64,000 nucleotides of DNA. It comes from Streptosporangiales bacterium (GTDB lineage Bacteria; Actinomycetota; Actinomycetes; Streptosporangiales; WHST01). Position numbers and translations under genes: made by a program. Under the pieces are notes generated by a model that did not search any database, had not been told where the DNA came from, and saw only the letters and a list, made by a program, of their open reading frames with translations. The stretch spans positions 10,591 to 74,590 of the forward strand of contig WHST01000016.1 in assembly GCA_009379955.1 (NCBI GenBank). Reading direction: 5' to 3'. Shown here piece by piece: positions 19,314-27,133 of the stretch (positions are counted from its first letter, which is position 1; each line of letters begins with the position of its first letter).

Positions 19314-20456
19314 ATGCCAGGACCGTTGCAGGGCCTCCGCGTCGTCGAGCTCTCCAACCTGGCACCGGTGCCCTTCGCCTGCATGATGCTGTCCGACCTC
19401 GGTGCGGAGGTGCTCAGGATCGACCGTGCGGCGCACGTGTCGTCGATGCCGTACGACGCGGCCGGTGACGCGCTCGCCCGCGGCCGCCGCTCGGTCGGCG
19501 TCGACCTGAAGACCCCCGACGGCCGCGAGGTGCTGCTGCGGCTCGCCGGGTCCGCGGACGTCCTCATCGAGGGCTACCGGCCCGGCGTGTGCGAGCGCCT
19601 CGGGATCGGGCCCGCCGACTGCCTGGCCCGCAACGCGCGGCTCGTCTACGCACGGCTCAGCGGCTGGGGCCAGGAGGGTCCACTCGCCACGTCGGCGGGA
19701 CACGACATCGACTACCTCGCGGTCTCCGGTGCGCTGTGGCCGATCGGTCCGAGTGGCCAGCCGCCGACCCCGCCGCTCAACTACGTCGCCGACTTCGGCG
19801 GCGGCGGCATGCTCGCCGTCGTCGGCATCCTCGCCGCACTGCATGAACGCGGCCGGTCGGGCACGGGCCAGGTCGTCGACGCCGCGATGGTCGACGGCGC
19901 CGCACTGCTGTCGACGGCCGTCCACGGCTACCGCGCGGGCGGCATCTGGAACGACGAACGCGGCACCAACCCGCTCGACGGCAGTGCACCGTTCTACCGC
20001 TGCTACGCCTGCGCCGACGGCGCGTACGTCGCGGTCGGCGCCATCGAGCCGCAGTTCTACGGCGCCCTGCTCACCGGGCTCGGGCTCGACCTCGACAGCC
20101 TCCCCGACCAGTACGACCGCGACTGGTGGCCGGAGATGGCCGAGCACCTGGGCCGGGAGTTCGCGACCAGAACGAGGGACGAGTGGGTCGGTGCCTTCGC
20201 CGGCACCGACGCCTGCGTCGCCCCCGTCCTCACGCCGGGCGAGGCGCCCGAGCACGAGCACAATGCCGAACGCGGAACGTTCGTCGACGTGGGCGGGCAG
20301 ATTCAGCCCGGCGTCGCGCCCCGGCTGTCCCGCACCCCCGGACGCGTCCAGGGACCACCTCCCCGGGCCGGTCAGCACACGGCGCAGGCTCTCGGCGACT
20401 GGGGGTTCACCGAGAACGAGGTCGCCGACCTCCTGGCCGCAGGCACCGTACGCTGA
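19314..20456 (+). CDS. mcr: Family III CoA-transferase fold, alpha-methylacyl-CoA racemase-like
   Basis: ORF 19284..20456 trimmed to ATG 19314. It is collinear with my recollection of M. tuberculosis Mcr: GLRVVELSN..., LIEGYRPGV.ERLG, AGHDIDY (His) and VADFGGG (Asp) catalytic contexts. Confidence 0.75.
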   Translation: MPGPLQGLRVVELSNLAPVPFACMMLSDLGAEVLRIDRAAHVSSMPYDAAGDALARGRRSVGVDLKTPDGREVLLRLAGSADVLIEGYRPGVCERLGIGPADCLARNARLVYARLSGWGQEGPLATSAGHDIDYLAVSGALWPIGPSGQPPTPPLNYVADFGGGGMLAVVGILAALHERGRSGTGQVVDAAMVDGAALLSTAVHGYRAGGIWNDERGTNPLDGSAPFYRCYACADGAYVAVGAIEPQFYGALLTGLGLDLDSLPDQYDRDWWPEMAEHLGREFATRTRDEWVGAFAGTDACVAPVLTPGEAPEHEHNAERGTFVDVGGQIQPGVAPRLSRTPGRVQGPPPRAGQHTAQALGDWGFTENEVADLLAAGTVR

Positions 20457-20461
20457 GACGC

Positions 20462-20980
20462 GTGCGGCAACTCGTCATCGAGCCCGCGTCCGGCGAGGAC
20501 GTGACGGCCTACCTTCGGATGCGCGACGAGGCCGCGGAACAGATGGTCGCCCGCGGGATCGTGCAGTGGCGGCCCGGCGAGCTCACCGAGGACGCGTTGC
20601 GCCGGTGGGCCGTCGACGGCGAGATCTTCGCGGCGCGACTCGACGGCACGCTCGTCGGCGGGCTGTTCGTCATGTGGTCCGACCCCGTCTTCTGGGGCGA
20701 CCGCGACGACAAGGCGGGATACACGCACGGCCTGCTGGTCGACCGGCGACTCAAGGGCGAGGGGCTCGGCCGCCGGCTGCTGGCGTTCGCCGAGGAGCAC
20801 ATCAGGGACAGTGGGCGGGCGCTGTCGCGCCTCGACACCGTGACGACCAACGCCGTCCTTCGCGGCTACTACCGTGCGGCCGGGTACCGCGAGGTGGGCG
20901 AGCGCACGTTCGAGGGCGGGAAGGTCCTGGCCCACGGCGCCCCGATCGGCGCGGTCACGCTGTTCGAGAAGTCCTTGTAG
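20462..20980 (+). CDS. GNAT-family N-acetyltransferase
   Basis: Real part of ORF 20126..20980, starting at GTG 20462 (5 nt after the mcr stop). Acetyl-CoA-binding motif context: LLVDRRLKGEGLGRRLLAFAE. Confidence 0.65.
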   Translation: MRQLVIEPASGEDVTAYLRMRDEAAEQMVARGIVQWRPGELTEDALRRWAVDGEIFAARLDGTLVGGLFVMWSDPVFWGDRDDKAGYTHGLLVDRRLKGEGLGRRLLAFAEEHIRDSGRALSRLDTVTTNAVLRGYYRAAGYREVGERTFEGGKVLAHGAPIGAVTLFEKSL

Positions 20981-20985
20981 CCGCG

Positions 20986-22593
20986 GTGGCGCAGCTCACC
21001 GGTGGTCGGGCCCTCGTCGCGGCGCTCGCCGCGCACGAGGTCGACACCGTCTTCGGCATCCCGGGCACGCACAACCTCGCCGTCTACGCCCACCTCGGCG
21101 CGTACGGGATCCGGCACGTCACGCCGCGGCACGAGCAGGGTGCGGGATTCGCCGCTGACGGGTACGCGCGGGTCACGGGCTTCCCCGGGGTGGTGCTCAC
21201 GACCACGGGACCGGCGGTCCTCAACGCCGCGACCGCGATCGCGCAGGCGTACTCCGACTCCGTGCCCGTGCTGCTGGTCTCGCCCGGCATGCCGCTCGAC
21301 CACCCCGCAACGGGCAACGGCTACCTGCACGAGGTGAAGGACCAGAGCGCGGCACTCGCGGCCCTGACGGCAGGCAGCGAACGCGTGACGAGCGTCGCCG
21401 AGATCCCGGTGGCGGTCGCCGGCGCGTTCGCCGCGATGTCGACCGGCAGGCCGCGGCCGCGCCACCTCGAGATCCCGCTCGACCTGCTCGACGAGTCCGC
21501 GGACGTCACTGTCGTCCCGCCGATCCCCGCGCCCCGGCCCGCGGTCGAGGACGGGGACGTGCGCGGAGCCGCCGAGCTGCTCGGCTTCGCGCTGCGTCCC
21601 GGCATCGTCGTCGGCGGGGGAGCGCGTGGCGCGTGCACCGAGGTACGGCGGCTGGCCGAACGGCTCGACGCCCCGGTCGTCGCCACGGTGGGCGGCAAGG
21701 GTGTGCTCCCCGAGGACCACCCCCTGGCACTCGGGACGGGCCTGCACCACGCGAACGTCGCGGAGTTCGTGCGCGACTGCGACGTCGTGCTCGCCGTCGG
21801 CACCGAGCTCGCGCCGGCCGACCTGTGGAACGGCCCGCTGCCGGCGCCCGAGCTGCTCGTCCGCGTCGACATCGATCCGGCGCAGATCACCGCCAACGCG
21901 CTGCCCGACGCGGCCGTCGTCGGTGACGCGGCGCTCGTCCTGCGCGCGCTCGTCGCCGCCCTCGGCCCGCGACCGCAACCGGGTCGGCGCCGCGCCGCCG
22001 CGACCAGGGACGCCGGGCGCGCCGAGACCTGGCGCGCGCGTATCGAGGACGACGCGCGTGCCGACGGCAGGCGCTGGCTCTCCCTGCTCGACGTCCTCCA
22101 CGACGCACTCGAGCGCGACGGCATCCTCGTCGGCGACAGCGCGATGGTCTGCTACTACGGCGCCATCGCGAACATGCCGCGGTACCACCCGCGTACCTTT
22201 CTCTACCCGACCGGCCTCGGCACCCTCGGGTACGGGCTGCCGGCAGCCATCGGCGCGATGGTCGGCTGGCCGGACGTCCGCGTGCTCGCGCTCCACGGCG
22301 ACGGCGGGTTCATGTTCACCGCGCCCGAGCTCGCGACGGCCGCCGAGCTGGGGCTCCCGTTGCCGGTCGTCGTCGTCGACAACGGCGGATACGGCGAGAT
22401 CCGGCACGAGATGCGCGGCCGCGGCGACCGCCCCGTCGCCGTCGACTTCGCGCCGGTCGACTTCGTCGGCCTCGCCCGCTCGCTCGGCTGCCACGGCGAG
22501 CACGTCGACGGCCCGGCCGAGCTCGCACCGGCCCTGGAGCACGCCTTCGCAGCCGACCGGCCCACGGTGCTGCACATCGAGGAAGAGAAGTAG
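20986..22593 (+). CDS. Thiamine-diphosphate-dependent enzyme (acetolactate-synthase/2-oxoacid decarboxylase fold)
   Basis: Real part of ORF 19729..22593, from in-frame GTG 20986. N-terminal Pyr domain (VFGIPGTHNLAVY, HEQGAGFAADGYARVTG). ThDP-binding motif: HGDGGFMFTAPELATAAELGLPLPVVVVDNGGYG. Confidence 0.8.
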   Translation: MAQLTGGRALVAALAAHEVDTVFGIPGTHNLAVYAHLGAYGIRHVTPRHEQGAGFAADGYARVTGFPGVVLTTTGPAVLNAATAIAQAYSDSVPVLLVSPGMPLDHPATGNGYLHEVKDQSAALAALTAGSERVTSVAEIPVAVAGAFAAMSTGRPRPRHLEIPLDLLDESADVTVVPPIPAPRPAVEDGDVRGAAELLGFALRPGIVVGGGARGACTEVRRLAERLDAPVVATVGGKGVLPEDHPLALGTGLHHANVAEFVRDCDVVLAVGTELAPADLWNGPLPAPELLVRVDIDPAQITANALPDAAVVGDAALVLRALVAALGPRPQPGRRRAAATRDAGRAETWRARIEDDARADGRRWLSLLDVLHDALERDGILVGDSAMVCYYGAIANMPRYHPRTFLYPTGLGTLGYGLPAAIGAMVGWPDVRVLALHGDGGFMFTAPELATAAELGLPLPVVVVDNGGYGEIRHEMRGRGDRPVAVDFAPVDFVGLARSLGCHGEHVDGPAELAPALEHAFAADRPTVLHIEEEK

Positions 22594-22605
22594 GAGAGGC
22601 AGGCG

Positions 22606-23892
22606 ATGAGCGCAGGAGCTGAGGAGCACGCCGCAGGTAGGGGTCGCGGTGACCGTCGGACCGGGCCGGGCGTCGTCGCGACACCTGCCGAAGGCGAGCG
22701 ACGAAGCGGGCGCGGTGAGGCGCAGACGGAGCCGCTGGTCCAGGTCACGTGGACCGACCCGGTCACGGGTGCCAAGGGCTACCTCGTGCTCGACACGCTC
22801 GTCCGCGGCATCGCCAGCGGCGGGCTCCGGCTGCGCAAGGGCTGCACGCTCGACGAGGTGCGCGGCCTCGCCCGGGGGATGGCCCGCAAGGAGGCACTCG
22901 TCTACGACCCGGCCGACCGGTACATCCCGCTCGGCGGCGCCAAGGGCGGGATCGACGTCGACCCCGACGACCCGGACAAGCAGGCGGTGCTGCACCGCTT
23001 CCTCCGCGACCTGCTCCCGACCGTCAGGGAGCAGTGGTGCCTCGGCGAGGACTTCGGCGTCCGGCAGGACATGCTCGACGCGGTCTTCGCCGACCTCGGC
23101 GTCCCGTCGACGGTCGAGCCGCTCTTCGCCAGGATCGACGACGCACCGGCCGCGCGCAGACGGATGAAGGAGGCCTTCTCCGTCGACGTCGACGGCGTGC
23201 GGCTCGACGAGCTCGTCGGCGGCTACGGCGTCGCCGCCGCCGCGGCCGCGTACCTCGAGACCGCCGGCCGTGACCTGCGCGGGTCGACCGCCGTGGTGCA
23301 GGGCTTCGGCTCGATCGGCGGAGGAGCCGCGCGCTACCTCGCACGCGGCGGTGCCTCGGTCGTCGCGGTCGCCGACCGCGAGGGCCTGATCGTCGACGAG
23401 TCCGGGCTGGACGTCGAGGAGCTGCTCAGGGCACGCGACCCTGGCGGCCGCATCGACAGGTCGCGTCTCACCGGCGTCACCCTGCGACCGGGAGAGGACT
23501 GGCTCGACGTGCCCTGCGACGTTCTCGTACCGGCCGCGGTCTCGTACGTCATCCAGGGCGCGGACGCCGACCGGGTGCGCGCCGGCGTCGTCGTCGAGGG
23601 CGCCAACATGCCGACACTGCCCGACGCCGAGGTCGCGCTCACCGCACGGGGCGTGCCGGTGGTGCCGGACTTCCTCGCCAACGTCGCCACCAACGCGTGG
23701 TGGTGGTGGCTGGTCTTCGGCGACGTCGAGCCCACGCCCGCGTCGTCGTTCGACAAGGTCACCACGACCATGAGGCGACTCGTCACGACCGTCGTGCGCG
23801 ACGCCGCCGGGTCGGGCACCACGCTGCGCGAGGCCGCGCTCGCGCTCGTGGAGCGCAACCGCGCCGAGCTCGCCCGCCGGTACGGCGACTGA
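22606..23892 (+). CDS. Glu/Leu/Phe/Val-dehydrogenase-family protein (divergent)
   Basis: ATG 22606 has a GGAGAGG RBS. Catalytic-Lys motif: IPLGGAKGGIDVDP. Rossmann motif: VVQGFGSIGGGAARYL. Confidence 0.7.
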   Translation: MSAGAEEHAAGRGRGDRRTGPGVVATPAEGERRSGRGEAQTEPLVQVTWTDPVTGAKGYLVLDTLVRGIASGGLRLRKGCTLDEVRGLARGMARKEALVYDPADRYIPLGGAKGGIDVDPDDPDKQAVLHRFLRDLLPTVREQWCLGEDFGVRQDMLDAVFADLGVPSTVEPLFARIDDAPAARRRMKEAFSVDVDGVRLDELVGGYGVAAAAAAYLETAGRDLRGSTAVVQGFGSIGGGAARYLARGGASVVAVADREGLIVDESGLDVEELLRARDPGGRIDRSRLTGVTLRPGEDWLDVPCDVLVPAAVSYVIQGADADRVRAGVVVEGANMPTLPDAEVALTARGVPVVPDFLANVATNAWWWWLVFGDVEPTPASSFDKVTTTMRRLVTTVVRDAAGSGTTLREAALALVERNRAELARRYGD

Positions 23893-23910
23893 GTCACGGC
23901 CCGAAATCCG

Positions 23911-25572
23911 GTGGTGGTCGCGCGACCGCTGCCGCAGACTTGGGGTCCCGTGGGCCACGTAGAAGCGGCGCGACTGCGCCAGATGCTGCCGGACGGACGC
24001 GTCCTGTACGACGACGTCTCGTTCCGCGTCGGCGACGGCAGTACCGTGGCCCTGGTCGGCGCCAACGGCTCTGGCAAGACCACGCTCCTGCGTACCGCCG
24101 CGGGCGACCTCGACCCGACCTCCGGCGCGGTGAGCAGCAGTGGCGGGGTCGGTGTCATGCGGCAGTTCATCGGCTCCATCCGCGACGCCTCGACGGTCCG
24201 CGACCTGCTGGTGAGCGTCGCGCCCACGGCGGTGCGCGACGCCGCCCACGAGCTCGACGCGGCGGAGCTCGCGATGCTCGACACCGACGACGAGCCGACC
24301 CAGCTGCGCTACGCGAGCGCGCTCGCGGCCTACGCGGACGCGGGCGGGTACGACACCGAGGTCAGGTGGGACACCTGCTGCACGAGCGCACTCGGCAAGC
24401 CGTTCGAGCAGGTCAGGTGGCGTGAGATACGCACCCTGTCCGGCGGCGAGCAGAAGCGGCTCGCTCTCGAGGCGCTGCTCCGCGGCCCCGACCAGGTGCT
24501 GTTGCTCGACGAGCCCGACAACTACCTCGACGTCCCCGCCAAGGAGTGGCTCGAGGACGTGCTGCGCGCGACGAAGCAGACGGTGCTGTTCGTCTCCCAC
24601 GACCGCGAGCTGCTCGCCCGTACCGCCGACCGGATCGTCACGGTCGAGGGTGGCACGGCGTGGGTGCACGGCGGCGGGTTCGGCACCTACGACGACGCCA
24701 GGCAGGCGCGGCACGACCGGATGGACGAGGTCAGGCGCCGCTGGGACGAGGAGCACGCCAGGCTCAAGCAGCTCGTCGCCACCATGAAGCAGAAGGCGTC
24801 GTACAACTCCGACATGGCGAGCCGCTACCAGGCGGCGCTCACCCGGCTGCGCCGCTTCGAGGCCGGCGGCCCACCGCAGAAGCGGCCACCCGCGCAGCGC
24901 ATCAGGATGCGACTCGCGGGTGGCCGCACCGGCGTACGTGCCGTCGTCTGCGAGGGCCTCGCGCTCACCGGCCTCACCTCACCGTTCGACACCGAGGTCA
25001 GGTACGGCGAGCGCGTCGCGGTCCTCGGCGCCAACGGCACGGGCAAGTCGCACTTCCTGCGCCTCCTCGCCGGCTGGGCCGATATCGACGGGACGGCGCG
25101 GCCGGACGCGGTGGCGCACACGGGCGCGTGGAAGCTCGGCGCCCGGGTGGTGCCCGGCCACTTCGCGCAGACGCACGAGCGCCCCGACCTCGTCGGGCGC
25201 ACTCCGGCCGAGGTGCTGTGGCGCGACCATTCGCTGCAGCTGCACGACGCGATGCACGCGCTCGCCAGGTACGGGCTCGCGCCGAGCGGCGAGCAACCGT
25301 TCGACACGCTGTCGGGCGGCCAGCAGGCGCGGCTGCAGATCCTGCTGCTCGAGCTGTCCGGCTCCACGCTGCTACTCCTCGACGAGCCGACCGACAACCT
25401 CGACCTGGAGAGCGCCGACGCGCTGGAGCAGGGCCTCGCCGAGTACCAGGGCACCGTGCTCGCCGTCACCCACGACCGGTGGTTCGCCAAGGGCTTCGAC
25501 CGCTACCTGGTGTTCGGCGGCGACGGCACGGTCCGCGAGACACCCGAGCCGATCTGGGAGCCCGGCGGCTGA
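23911..25572 (+). CDS. ABC-F family ATPase (two ABC cassettes, no TM domain)
   Basis: Walker A: GANGSGKTT and GANGTGKSH. Signatures: LSGGEQKRL and [10 protein letters not shown] charged inter-domain linker is present. The start may be GTG 23950. Confidence 0.85.
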   Translation: MVVARPLPQTWGPVGHVEAARLRQMLPDGRVLYDDVSFRVGDGSTVALVGANGSGKTTLLRTAAGDLDPTSGAVSSSGGVGVMRQFIGSIRDASTVRDLLVSVAPTAVRDAAHELDAAELAMLDTDDEPTQLRYASALAAYADAGGYDTEVRWDTCCTSALGKPFEQVRWREIRTLSGGEQKRLALEALLRGPDQVLLLDEPDNYLDVPAKEWLEDVLRATKQTVLFVSHDRELLARTADRIVTVEGGTAWVHGGGFGTYDDARQARHDRMDEVRRRWDEEHARLKQLVATMKQKASYNSDMASRYQAALTRLRRFEAGGPPQKRPPAQRIRMRLAGGRTGVRAVVCEGLALTGLTSPFDTEVRYGERVAVLGANGTGKSHFLRLLAGWADIDGTARPDAVAHTGAWKLGARVVPGHFAQTHERPDLVGRTPAEVLWRDHSLQLHDAMHALARYGLAPSGEQPFDTLSGGQQARLQILLLELSGSTLLLLDEPTDNLDLESADALEQGLAEYQGTVLAVTHDRWFAKGFDRYLVFGGDGTVRETPEPIWEPGG

Positions 25573-25576
25573 CCGC

Positions 25577-25607
25577 TTGACTTCGAGTGCGCTCCAACCT
25601 CCAGCAT
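25577..25607 (+). promoter_or_regulatory. Candidate MerR-type promoter (19-bp spacer) for the AKR-merR operon
   Basis: TTGACT (25577-82), a 19-nt spacer, then CAGCAT (25602-07). The spacer holds the imperfect dyad TTCGAGTGCGCTCCAA (12/16). It lies 27 nt upstream of ATG 25634. Confidence 0.35.
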
Positions 25608-25633
25608 CGGAGGCGACACGAGAGGGAGTGCAC

Positions 25634-26638
25634 ATGGAGCAACGCCAGCTGGGCCGGTCGGGTCCGGTCGTCTCGCGGCTCGCCTTCGGGGCGATGATGT
25701 TCGGCGGCGTGACGGACGAGAAGGTCGCGCGGCTGATGCTCGACGCGTTCGTCGACGCCGGTGGGACGCTCGTCGACACGGCCGACCTCTACGGCACGTC
25801 GGAGAGCATGATCGCGGGCTGGCTCCGCGCCCGTCCAGGGGCACGCGAACGCGTCGTCCTCGCGACGAAGGGCCGGTTCGCGATGGAGGGGCAGCCGGGC
25901 GCGAGCCTCGCACCCGCGTACCTGCGGACGGCGCTCGACGCCAGCCTCGACCGCCTCGGTGTCGACCACATCGACCTGTACCAGCTGCACGGGCCGGACG
26001 CCGACACCCCGCTCGAGGACACCGCCGCGTTCCTCGCCGAGGCGGTGGCGTCGGGCAACGTCGGGTACGTCGGGGTGAGCAACTTCCCCGGCTGGCTGTT
26101 CACCAAGCTGAGTCGCCTGCTCGCCGAGAACGGCGGGCCGCCGCTGGTGGCGCACCAGGTGCAGTACAGCCTGCTGGCCCGTGCGGTCGAGTGGGAGGTC
26201 GTCCCGGCCACCGTCGACGCGGGCGCCGGCTCCCTCCTGTGGGGACCGCTCGGCCAGGGCTGGCTTACCGGCAAGTACCGCAGGGACGAGCCGCCGGCAC
26301 CGGACACCCGCGTCGCCGGCGCCGACGACGAGCACCTGGAGTCCTGGCACCGCCGCGACACCGATCGGATCTGGGCGATCGTCGACCAGGTCGTCAAGGT
26401 CGCCGCCGACCTCGGCCTGACCCCCGGACAGGTGGCGGTGGCGTGGGCGGCGGACCGGCCGGGCGTCACGGCGCCGATCGTCGGAGCGCGGAACGTCGAG
26501 CAGCTGACCGACAGCCTCGGTGCCGCGGACGTCCACCTGCCCGCCGAGGTCAGCGCGGCGCTCGACGAGATCAGCTCCCCGCCGGCGCCGCAGTACCCGT
26601 ACCCCTGGGTCGAGGAGATCAGCCATTGGCACGACTGA
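25634..26638 (+). CDS. Aldo/keto reductase
   Basis: Real part of ORF 24920..26638, from ATG 25634 (AGAGGGAG RBS). MEQRQLGRSGPVVSRLAFGAMMFGG...DTADLYG...IDLYQLHGPD is a typical AKR layout. Confidence 0.85.
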   Translation: MEQRQLGRSGPVVSRLAFGAMMFGGVTDEKVARLMLDAFVDAGGTLVDTADLYGTSESMIAGWLRARPGARERVVLATKGRFAMEGQPGASLAPAYLRTALDASLDRLGVDHIDLYQLHGPDADTPLEDTAAFLAEAVASGNVGYVGVSNFPGWLFTKLSRLLAENGGPPLVAHQVQYSLLARAVEWEVVPATVDAGAGSLLWGPLGQGWLTGKYRRDEPPAPDTRVAGADDEHLESWHRRDTDRIWAIVDQVVKVAADLGLTPGQVAVAWAADRPGVTAPIVGARNVEQLTDSLGAADVHLPAEVSAALDEISSPPAPQYPYPWVEEISHWHD

Positions 26639-26652
26639 GGAGGCGAGAGACG

Positions 26653-27120
26653 ATGGTCCACATGGTTGACGTGGAGCAGATCGGCGACCCGGACGGCATC
26701 GGCACCTGTGGCATCGGCGAGGACGTCGCCGCGATGGACGTCCCGCACCCGCTCACCGTGAGCGAGGTCGCCGAGCGCATCGGCCTGTCCGCGCACACCC
26801 TGCGGTGGTACGAGCGGATCGGCCTGCTCGACCAGGTCGCCCGCGACGCCCCGGGCCACCGCAGGTATACCCGGCCGGACATCGAGTGGCTCCTGCTGCT
26901 CACCCGGCTCCGGGCCACCGGCATGCCGGTGCGCGACATGCAGCGCTACGCCGACCTCGTCCGCGCCGGCGACTCGACGTCGCAGGAGCGCCGCGAGCTG
27001 ATGGAGGCGCACCGCGACCGGGTGGAGGAACACATCGCCGAGCTGAGCCACCACCTCGCGGTCATCGACCACAAGGTGCGTGTCTACCGGATGCACGAGC
27101 AGCAGCTGCGCGTCGGCTGA
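26653..27120 (+). CDS. MerR-family transcriptional regulator
   Basis: Real part of ORF 26191..27120. HTH: LTVSEVAERIGLSAHTLRWYERIGLL...HRRYTRPDIEWLLLLTRLRATGMPV. ATG 26653 has a GAGGAGG RBS; ATG 26734 is an alternative. Confidence 0.8.
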   Translation: MVHMVDVEQIGDPDGIGTCGIGEDVAAMDVPHPLTVSEVAERIGLSAHTLRWYERIGLLDQVARDAPGHRRYTRPDIEWLLLLTRLRATGMPVRDMQRYADLVRAGDSTSQERRELMEAHRDRVEEHIAELSHHLAVIDHKVRVYRMHEQQLRVG

Positions 27121-27133
27121 GCCCGGCTGCCTC

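Noticed and set aside
20869-24756. A 1295-aa minus-strand ORF. Similar giants occur elsewhere: 17832..20378 (848 aa), 14113..16329 (738 aa), 35427..38021 (864 aa), 50602..52800 (732 aa), 52825..54942 (705 aa), 59553..62117 (854 aa) and 27080..28297 (plus strand).
   Set aside because: Each lies antisense to several independent genes with clear family motifs (ThDP enzyme, GDH, ABC-F, fadB, dnaA, dnaN, gyrA and others). Their translations are R/G/D/P/A-rich low-complexity sequence with no motifs. Stop-free antisense frames are expected at this GC content.
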